44,287 nt of DNA. Source: a virus. The notes under the pieces are model-generated. The model was not told the DNA's origin. It saw only the letters and a list, made by a program, of their open reading frames with translations, and ran no database searches. The position numbers were made by a program, and so were the translations under genes. Location: positions 1 through 44,287 of the IMG/VR virus record IMGVR_UViG_3300002461_000457, one strand, 5' to 3'. Below, piece by piece: positions 7,425 through 15,300 of this stretch; position 1 is the stretch's first letter; the number at the start of each line of letters is the position of its first letter.

Positions 7425-7652
7425 ATGACTACCAAGCGCATCTATCTCGTGCATCACAGTGCCGGCGGCAGCATCGAGACTCACCTCGTCGACGCCCCGA
7501 ACCAAGCGCAGGCCATCGCCCACGTCGTCAGGGGCAAGATGACCTGCCGCGTCGCCAGCCAGTCCGACCTCGTGGTCTGGATCGCCAAGGGGCTGCGCGT
7601 CGAGGACTGCGACGCACCCAAAGAACCCACCCAAGGAGGCAGCAATGGATAG
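7425..7652 (+). CDS. hypothetical protein (75 aa)
   Basis: AGGGAG lies 7 nt upstream. Sequence starts MTTKRIYLVHHSAGGSIETHLVDAPNQAQAIAHVV... Confidence 0.6.
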   Translation: MTTKRIYLVHHSAGGSIETHLVDAPNQAQAIAHVVRGKMTCRVASQSDLVVWIAKGLRVEDCDAPKEPTQGGSNG

Positions 7653-8025
7653 GAATGAAGCCCCCGCGTTCCTGCGGAACAACCGACCAGACCACTTGCC
7701 GGTCGGTGGCAAGTGGCCTCAGATGAAACAGGCGGAGGAGGCGCTTTACTCCGCCCAATCTACGGCCATAAGGTCGAGGCCGCCGGGTGAGATCGAGGAC
7801 CTCAGCCAGCACCTGCAAGACGAGATCCGCCTGCTGAGGGACGTGGCATCGGAGCTCATCGAGGCCCTCGGGCCGGTGTTGCTGCCAGAGACTCCGGTCA
7901 ACGAGGCAAGCACCCCGTACTCGCCACCCGGAACCGTGGTCGGGACCTTGCTCCGATCCTGCTCCAACGACATTCGATTCTTGCGAGAGCGCCTGCAGGA
8001 CGTGCTCTCGCGGGTCGCCCTGTAG
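7645..8025 (+). CDS. hypothetical protein (126 aa)
   Basis: AGGAGG lies 5 nt upstream. The start overlaps the upstream gene by 8 nt. Confidence 0.6.
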   Translation: MDRNEAPAFLRNNRPDHLPVGGKWPQMKQAEEALYSAQSTAIRSRPPGEIEDLSQHLQDEIRLLRDVASELIEALGPVLLPETPVNEASTPYSPPGTVVGTLLRSCSNDIRFLRERLQDVLSRVAL

Positions 8026-8056
8026 TTACACGCTTCACAACCACAAGGACAACAGC

Positions 8057-8635
8057 ATGCCCGCACACAAGGGTTTCCAGCTGGACGAAGTCATGGTGAA
8101 GTTCACCCACATAAACACTCGCCTCGAGAAGCATGGCGAGGAACTGCGCAGCGCCGCGGACCTGTCGATGAGCCTCAAGACCGAGAACGATATCCTCGAG
8201 CAGATCTTGCCCGGGATGATCGCCCTCTTCTACGGCAAGCCCGGCAAGGGCCCCGGCGTGGATCTCGCCGACCAAGGAAAGGCCGACGCTCTGATTCGGC
8301 TGAAGTACCCGGCACTGTCGCATCAGAAGATCGATCTCGAGCTCGTTAACTACACGCTCGCGTTCATCATCGGCCTGGATCGTGTCGTGATCTTCGAAGA
8401 CTGCACGATCAAGAAGATCGAGGTCGAGCTCCATGATGGCGGCACGGTCGAACTGCACTGGAAGGTGGCCGTGTACCCGAAAGACTCTCAGGCATGCGAC
8501 CTGCAAGAGCGGCAGCGGGCAGTCAACGTCACGATCAGCCTGTGGAAGGCTGAGCCTGTGCAGAAGCAGAAGAGCCTGCTCGATAACGAACCGGAGAAGA
8601 ACCCGGTCGAGGCAGCCGGGGGCGACGAGCCATGA
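8057..8635 (+). CDS. hypothetical protein (192 aa)
   Basis: AAGGA lies 7 nt upstream. The C-terminal tail is acidic. I recognise no motif. Confidence 0.65.
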   Translation: MPAHKGFQLDEVMVKFTHINTRLEKHGEELRSAADLSMSLKTENDILEQILPGMIALFYGKPGKGPGVDLADQGKADALIRLKYPALSHQKIDLELVNYTLAFIIGLDRVVIFEDCTIKKIEVELHDGGTVELHWKVAVYPKDSQACDLQERQRAVNVTISLWKAEPVQKQKSLLDNEPEKNPVEAAGGDEP

Positions 8636-9126
8636 TAGAGGTGAAGCTGGAACCGTGGCAGATTATGCACGCGGCGCACGCCGGCATGATGCGTCAGACC
8701 CAGAATCTGAAGCTCAAGTCGAAGCCTGGGCACGGCGCGGACGACTTCGCCGATTGGCAGCTGCATTGCGAGGGGGCGTGCGCAGAGTATGTGGTTGCGC
8801 AGTTCCTCAGGCTCTTCTGGCCCGGTAAGGGATCGAAGTCCGAGGCAGATGTCGGTGGCATCGTCGATGTTCGCTGGGCGCAGAAGCCGCACTACGGGCT
8901 AATCCTGCACGATGACGACCCTGACGACAGGCCGACGTTCCTTGTGACGGGTCGCAACGGCGTGTACCAGATACGCGGATGGCTCTATGCCGGGGAAGGG
9001 AAGAAGCGCGAGAACTGGAAGGACCCGGGGACCGGCAGACCGGCCTACTTCGTCAAGCAGGAGTTGTTGCGACCGCCCGAGTCGCTCGTCGTGACTATCG
9101 ACGCATCCGCCGCAGCAGGCGAATGA
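8632..9126 (+). CDS. hypothetical protein, possible PD-(D/E)XK-type nuclease (164 aa)
   Basis: ATGA overlap at 8632-8635. The pattern EGACAEYVVAQFL...DVGGIVDVRW is reminiscent of E...D-x(n)-(D/E)xK nuclease cores. This is a weak call. Confidence 0.4.
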   Translation: MIEVKLEPWQIMHAAHAGMMRQTQNLKLKSKPGHGADDFADWQLHCEGACAEYVVAQFLRLFWPGKGSKSEADVGGIVDVRWAQKPHYGLILHDDDPDDRPTFLVTGRNGVYQIRGWLYAGEGKKRENWKDPGTGRPAYFVKQELLRPPESLVVTIDASAAAGE

Positions 9127-9223
9127 AGTCGACCACGACGTAGATGAGCAGCGCTAGCCCGCCCAGGATCGCGGCCCCGATGATGATCGAGAGCCAGATA
9201 AAGATCTCCTGGGACGGGCTCAC
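9095..9223 (-). CDS. 42-aa transmembrane peptide at the end of the lysis cassette (GTG start)
   Basis: GTGA overlap with the holin stop (9220-9223). My translation is V/MSPSQEIFIWLSIIIGAAILGGLALLIYVVVDFIRLLRRMRR. Its 3' end overlaps the convergent gene 8632..9126 by 32 nt. Confidence 0.35.
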   Translation of the reverse strand: MSPSQEIFIWLSIIIGAAILGGLALLIYVVVDFIRLLRRMRR

Positions 9224-9606
9224 TGGGCTGCCACGCCTTTGATCTTCTCCACCGTCCTCAGGCCGCCCATGCCGAGCATGCCCAAGAGCAGCGGCATCAT
9301 CTCGGACAGATCAGCCGGGCTGACCTCGAGCGGGTGACCGGAGAGCGCCAGCCCGACCTTCGCCACCGGCAGGCCGATCCAGTTCCACGCGCACCCAACC
9401 CCACAGACCCAGCCAACGAAGGGCCGCCAGCCGCTCACGAACACGCTGGGGCTCGCCGCCTCGACCTTGTTGGCGTCCAGCTGGCCCTGAACGATCGTGA
9501 GCGCCGCGGCCATCTGGGCCCGCTCCTGCTCGGTCTTGTCGGGCCAGAGCCGGCTGATCACCGTCTCGGCGAGTCCTGCTACTGCGGAAACTGGGTCGAG
9601 AGCCAC
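9220..9606 (-). CDS. holin, 3-TM (GTA-holin-like) family
   Basis: Lies directly downstream of the endolysin. Sequence is MALDPVSAVAGLAETVISRLWPDKTEQERAQMA...EAASPSVFVSGWRPFVGWVCG plus further hydrophobic segments. Confidence 0.6.
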   Translation of the reverse strand: MALDPVSAVAGLAETVISRLWPDKTEQERAQMAAALTIVQGQLDANKVEAASPSVFVSGWRPFVGWVCGVGCAWNWIGLPVAKVGLALSGHPLEVSPADLSEMMPLLLGMLGMGGLRTVEKIKGVAAQ

Positions 9607-9615
9607 GGCATGCTC

Positions 9616-10167
9616 CTATGAGACGCGATTGAGGAACCAGCCGAAGGTGAAGTCCTCGTCCTTCTGGCGTTCCTGGGATAGCTCGAGGTAGAACGCCCCC
9701 TGCTGGGAGTTCAGGGCTCGCAGCAGGACCGCCTCAGTACCACCTTTGCCGAAGCGTTGGTAGGACGAAAAGTAGGCTTTTAGCGCAGTTATGGTCAGTC
9801 GACCGACCATGCCGTCGTCGAGCAGGTCTGGGTATAGCTCGCCGCGGCGGTTGAACGCATTCAGGGCCCGCTGCAGCCACTTGCCGGCCATCCCCTGTCC
9901 GCAGTTCACCGCTGAGTCGAAGAGCTCGCCAGCGACCGCAGCCGAGCACTGGGCCACCTCGTCGAGCTTGAGGCTTGACCAGTAGCGCTCGTGGTAAATA
10001 GCCCGAGCCACAGACAGAGGCAGGTCGCGCATCTCGCCGGTGTACCCGTAGGCTCGAGCGACAGCCTCGGTGATCCCGTACTTGGTCTTGCCGCCGGAGT
10101 CGAGGGGGTTGTCGGAGTAGCCTCCCTCGATGAGCACCACGCGTTGGAACTCGGTGTCGAAGCTCAT
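9616..10167 (-). CDS. endolysin, glycoside hydrolase family 108 with C-terminal peptidoglycan-binding domain
   Basis: Internal ATG 10167 overlaps the upstream stop by 1 nt (TGATG). The motif FQRVVLIEGGYSDNPLDSGGKTKYGIT is the GH108 signature. Confidence 0.85.
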   Translation of the reverse strand: MSFDTEFQRVVLIEGGYSDNPLDSGGKTKYGITEAVARAYGYTGEMRDLPLSVARAIYHERYWSSLKLDEVAQCSAAVAGELFDSAVNCGQGMAGKWLQRALNAFNRRGELYPDLLDDGMVGRLTITALKAYFSSYQRFGKGGTEAVLLRALNSQQGAFYLELSQERQKDEDFTFGWFLNRVS

Positions 10168-10475
10168 CAGAGGATCAACCTCTTGATGTATTCCTTCGCG
10201 GACACCAAGGTCACGGCGCCGAGGAACAGCAGCGCCGCCCACACCCCTTTCTTGACCAACTCCTCCTGCGCCGTCGCCCATAGCTTTGCTCGCGCCGCCT
10301 TGGACTCCAGTATCTCCTTGAGAGCCTCCCCGTACATCTGCTGGAACTCGTCACCTCGACGCTTCACGCAGGTGACAGAGGCCTCAATCCGTTCCATCCG
10401 CTGCTCCATATCAAGCCTCCACGGGTCTTCTGTCCTGCGCTCGTGCCCGTCCCACTCACGCGGGGAGTTCATCAT
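10167..10475 (-). CDS. membrane protein with C-terminal TM helix (102 aa), lysis-associated by position
   Basis: VWAALLFLGAVTLVSA lies near the C-terminus. The gene sits immediately upstream of the endolysin. Confidence 0.5.
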   Translation of the reverse strand: MMNSPREWDGHERRTEDPWRLDMEQRMERIEASVTCVKRRGDEFQQMYGEALKEILESKAARAKLWATAQEELVKKGVWAALLFLGAVTLVSAKEYIKRLIL

Positions 10476-10725
10476 CGATGTCTTTCTTTGAGATCAGGCC
10501 CTTCTTGATGAGGGCGGAGATGACGTTGTCAAGCGTAGGCTGCGGGGCGGCCGGAGGAGGAGCGGGCAGCGCCGGCAGCACGACGAGCTTGCCGGCCGCG
10601 ACGAGGCGCCGGATCTCCTCCTCTCGCGGATGGCCGGTCGGGATGACTCCAGTGACCTTGCCGCCGACAATGACCTCGATGCCGCCATCGGCCTCGCGGT
10701 AGTTTTCTTGTGGTGGAGGTGGCAT
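10456..10725 (-). CDS. hypothetical Pro-rich protein (89 aa)
   Basis: ORF directly follows the tail fibre gene. Confidence 0.5.
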   Translation of the reverse strand: MPPPPQENYREADGGIEVIVGGKVTGVIPTGHPREEEIRRLVAAGKLVVLPALPAPPPAAPQPTLDNVISALIKKGLISKKDIDDELPA

Positions 10726-10726
10726 A

Positions 10727-12325
10727 TCAAAGCTCCGCGTCGATAAAGAATCTGCTGTTGCCGTTGGTGCTAGAGAGCGTGACGCCCTGCCCCGCAGTTC
10801 GCACGCCAGCGATCGTGACGTTAACCCTAGTCCTGTCCATGCCGATCGTCACCCCGGGGACACCAACAACGGTTGCGGCGTCGTTCGTTGTCGCGTTCTG
10901 AATCGTAAAGTCCCCAGCCGCAGAGAAGGTGATCGCGGGGCGGATTCTCTTGCGCTTGAAGGGCATGTTGATATAGGCCTGCGACGCCGTAACGAAGAAG
11001 CCGGCCCCGTACTGGTGCGTGCCGCCGTTCGGCGTGCCGAGCGTCTCGTAGAACTCCAGGCACTTCATCTCGTCCTGGTCGATCGTCTCGTCCCAGATCG
11101 GCACGTCCTGGGCGCCATCGGTGACCCCCATGCGGACGCCAGCGATCTCGAAATAGTCGTTCGGCACGGCGGCGCCCCATGTCGTCGTAAACCCAAGGGC
11201 GCATTGGCAGAACGAAGTGCCGACGGCCACCGTGTTGATTACGAACTCCTGCCACGACGTGGTGAGCGTGACGGGCTGCGCGACGTGCGTGTTGTAGCCG
11301 GTCCATAGAACCGACTCCAAAGCAGACGACGACGCCTCCTCGTCCTGGCCGAGAACCAGAGCGCACGTGATCTGGCTCGATGCGGCGGAGAAGCCAGAGC
11401 CCTTGCGAGCAAAGAACCGGATCGACAGTGCGCGGCCGGATATGAGGCGTGCGATCTTTGCCGGCAAGTTGGTCCTGAAGCGGCTGTCGGTGAAGACGGC
11501 CGTGGTGTCGCGCAAGATCCTGGCGCAGTACGGATACCTCTTCTTCTCGACCGAGCTCAGACCGCCGTCGGCAGCGGGCCCGGCCTGCTGGGAGATCGTC
11601 ATGTGTCCAGTTATGCCGCCGTTCTGGAAGGCATACCACCGCTGAAACATGTACGTGACGGCCGAGGCAACCGGGTTAGCGCTTGTGATCCCGGGCTTTT
11701 GTACGTGGTTGAACCCGCCGTTCAGAATCAAGTTTTTTGCGCCGAGAGCGGATACCCCGAGCGTCGATCTGGCGGTGCTTGCGTCGGCGTCGTCGAGCAG
11801 AGTACGAGCGTACGAGGTGACCGTCATAAGGGCGGCAACCCCAGGCGCAGTGAAGTAGGGCGCCCTATCCGCGTCCGAGGACAGAGCGGCAATGGCCGAA
11901 ATCTCTGCGTCTGCGGTGAGGTTGTAACTAAACCCCATCCATCGATTGAGCCCCTGATCGGTCGCAAAGGCTGCCGATGACGAGTGCGTCGCCATGCAGA
12001 TGTAGGTGTTGTTGGCGTTCACAACCAAGTCGAGCAGGTTGTACGTCGTCCCCGGGCCCGCCCAGTTCCCCCGCGGGGTGAGCGATGAGTTGATCAGAGC
12101 CAGGACCTCCGGGTGCAGCGTGTGCGACATGACCGTCTGGTCGCGCAGAGCCGTGTCGTCCCGCTGAATGATCGCAAGGTTGCTCAGAACCGCCGCGAGC
12201 GTGGCTTGCAGAGCGCTGAACTCGGCGTCGAGGTTGGCGGTTCGAACCGTCGACCGTCCGCTGACTCCGCCGGCCTCGTCGGTCGAGAAGTCGGTCGCAG
12301 GGGTATAGGCTGGGGGCTGCGCCAT
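10727..12325 (-). CDS. tail fibre protein (532 aa)
   Basis: The N-terminus YTPATDFSTDEAGGVSGRSTVRTANLDAEFSALQATLAAVLSNLAIIQRDDTALRDQTV is typical of phage tail-fibre anchors. It occupies the last structural position. Its start overlaps the mega-ORF stop (TAATG). Confidence 0.6.
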   Translation of the reverse strand: MAQPPAYTPATDFSTDEAGGVSGRSTVRTANLDAEFSALQATLAAVLSNLAIIQRDDTALRDQTVMSHTLHPEVLALINSSLTPRGNWAGPGTTYNLLDLVVNANNTYICMATHSSSAAFATDQGLNRWMGFSYNLTADAEISAIAALSSDADRAPYFTAPGVAALMTVTSYARTLLDDADASTARSTLGVSALGAKNLILNGGFNHVQKPGITSANPVASAVTYMFQRWYAFQNGGITGHMTISQQAGPAADGGLSSVEKKRYPYCARILRDTTAVFTDSRFRTNLPAKIARLISGRALSIRFFARKGSGFSAASSQITCALVLGQDEEASSSALESVLWTGYNTHVAQPVTLTTSWQEFVINTVAVGTSFCQCALGFTTTWGAAVPNDYFEIAGVRMGVTDGAQDVPIWDETIDQDEMKCLEFYETLGTPNGGTHQYGAGFFVTASQAYINMPFKRKRIRPAITFSAAGDFTIQNATTNDAATVVGVPGVTIGMDRTRVNVTIAGVRTAGQGVTLSSTNGNSRFFIDAEL

Positions 12326-15300
12326 TATCTTTGCTCCTGTGCATCGTTGTAGGCCTGCAGCGCTCGAGCCATGAGGGCGGCCTCGTCCCGCTGCAGTTGT
12401 CTTCGCTCTTTCGGGCGCTCGTCACGAGGCATGTTCTCGACCGCCTTGAAGCTCTTGCTGATCTCTGATTGCGCCTTCTTGAACTGCTGGCTCGAGATCT
12501 CCCGACCCATCGCTATCAGGGCAGGCTTCTCTTCCTCGACCTTGCCGGCAGCCTCGTAGTCACCGTCCTGCTGGTAGGCCTTGAGCAGCTTCAGCGCCTT
12601 CGTTGCGTCCTCGCGAAGCCGATAGTACTTCGCCGCCATGTCCCGGTCATCGACCTCTCCGTAGAACTTGCCGACGAACGGGATGCGCCTGACCGGGTAG
12701 TCCTCGGCCTCGGCCTGCCCCATGGCCCTGTCGATCGAGTGCCGCGTGAAGTCCAGCATCACCATGCCGAACTGGCCGACCCCGCCGGTGGCGGTGCGGA
12801 CAATGTGCTCGATCGTGGTCGGGGATATGTCGATTGCCCCTCCCTGACGCTCGTCGCCGCCGGTCAGATTCGAGAGCCACCTCGCGAGGTCCTTGGCAGT
12901 GTCGGACGTGGACCGGAAGAACAGCTTGTAGTCCGGCATCGGCCCAGACTGCGGCAGCGGCTCTGGCCGCATCGGGCTGCCGAAGAAGGTCTTGTTCTCG
13001 AGGTACTGAACGAACGGATCCGCGATCGTCGGCGCAACGTACTGCATCGGCGTCGACGTCTGGCCGAGCGGGACGAAGGCATCGATTAGCGTCTCGCCGA
13101 AGGCCCAGGCAAGATCGATCGGCTTGCGCCGCTCCTGCACAGCACCAGAGCCCGACGCCGCGAGAATCGCCTCCATGATCAGCCGGCCGGCGCCGAAGAA
13201 CACGTTGAACCCGTAGGCCAGCGGGATGCTGGTGTGTTTGCCGCCCGGCAGCATGAAGATCATGTTCTTTTGCTTCACGTGCTCCGGGATGAGCTCGTAG
13301 TAGCGGTTGCCCTCTGGGTCCCGGTCGTCGTCGTAGAACATCCGGTTGAACATCTCGAGAGCGGCGGCGAAGGCCATCATCATGCCAACGTACATCCGAG
13401 CCCGCGGGGACTTTGCTAGCCCCCAGATCATTCGAGCGGTCCCCTGCACCTGGGCATTGAAGAACATGTACCACGCATTGGCGGCAGTGTTCCTGTTGCC
13501 CTTGCGGTTGAAGTTCACCGTCATATTCTTGGCGATAGATGCGGCCCGCTTGTCGGACAGCCCTATCTTCTTCGCCTCGGCGAATGCAGACACCCGGATC
13601 GCGTTCTCGATCGCGCTGTTGGTGAGCTCCACGTACTCGAGCGCTTTGTGCCCGATCTCCCGCGGGTCCAGCCGGCTGCGGTTCGCCCGATCCAGCAGCT
13701 TGGCAATGTCCTCGTGCCGGTCGCGCAGGTCTTCCCAGATCTGCATCCAGCCGGTCTGTCCGCCGGCATCCTGGAATGCACGGTAGGTCTGAGCCCACTG
13801 AGAAGTGCCCTGCCCCTTCTCGGCGCTCAGAATCCCGACGATTGCCTTGGGGATGTTCGCAATGATCTGCGGCGCACGCCCCTCGAGCTCGGTCGACTGC
13901 AGGTTGATCGCCGCGGTCTGAATGTCCCGGGTCGCGTTGGTCACCCAGAACTGGGGGTTCCAGGAAGTGGCAAGGTTCGCCAGTAGTCTCGAGACACGTC
14001 CGACCGCCTTGGTCACGGCGCCCAGCTGCACGACGCCGAGGTTGTTCATGGCCCTGGAGATCGCCATCGCCCGCTCGTTGGACGGGTTGAAGGTGATCAC
14101 CCGCTCGACGACAGTCCCGTTCGGCCCCTTGTCCTTGACGATGAACACGTCGTCGCGCTGCCGGTAGAGCGGATCGACGGTCAGCTGCACGAGCCCGGTG
14201 CTGGGGTTGATCGTGCGCTTCACGGGCGGCGAGTCGACGCGCCAGAAGTCCGGGTTCGGGTTGTCTTCGGCCAGCTTGATCAGGGCCCGGCCGACCTTCG
14301 CACGCTCGGCGCGGATGATTGCCCGCTCGTGCTGGGAGATGACGGCCGCGATGATCGCGATCGCCTCCTTCTGCGAGCCCATGGCACGCTTCGACTCTGG
14401 GCCCACGACCTTGAACCCCTGGCCGGCTGAGGCCTGCTCTGCGTCCCGGAAGAGGGGCACGTAGTGCTTGTAGACGTTGTTCCAGGAGTCGATCGTGGAC
14501 TGCGCCTCGAGCCCCTCGCTGACCAGGATCTGCCGCGTGGCAGCCGTGATCGTGTCGATCATTCCGGCCAGCCGGTTCATATCGGCCAGCTTCCCGGAGC
14601 GGCGGAACCCGGCGATTATGTCTGCAGCATTCGGCGCCCCGGCGTTGCCGTCACGCGTAGCAGCGGCCGCATCGTCGTACAGGCCGGAGAGATTGGTCGG
14701 CCCGTTCGGGTTGATCTTGCTCATCTGCCGGTTGCGCTCTGGTGCGTGGCGAGCCCAGAGGAAGCGCCCCAGATCGTCGGCAGTGGTCTTGGTGTCCCGC
14801 ATCGCCTCGATGAGGGGCTCGACGTGGTTGCGAACCGCCTTGTTGACCCGAGTGCTGACGCGGCCGTGGTAAAGCTCTTCCGCGAGGTAGGTGTCGTTGT
14901 CCTCGCTGACAAGCCCGGCGGCGCGGAGCATCTCCTTCTGCACCTGCTTCACGTCGATGAACTTGTCCTGCCACTCTCGAATCAGGTTGTCGGTGAGGCC
15001 CGGCTCGTTCAGTCCCCAGGTCGGGGCTACGCTTCCTCGAGCGACTCGCCCAGGGGCTCCCGGTCCACCCGCTCGTCCACCGACAGTTCGCTGACCGGCA
15101 GGCTGCGGACCTCCTTGAGGTGGCGCTCCCACTCGGGATCCGGGCGGCCCTCTTGGAGTGCCCGGTCGATTCTGCCCTGCGCTTCGGTCGGGACCTTCCA
15201 GCCTTGCGACGCGCTTTTCAGCACTGAGGAAGGCACCTTTGTCCGAAAGCGCTTCGCGTAAGCGTTGGCTGACCTCGTCAGCGGATTGCGGGGCGCCTTC

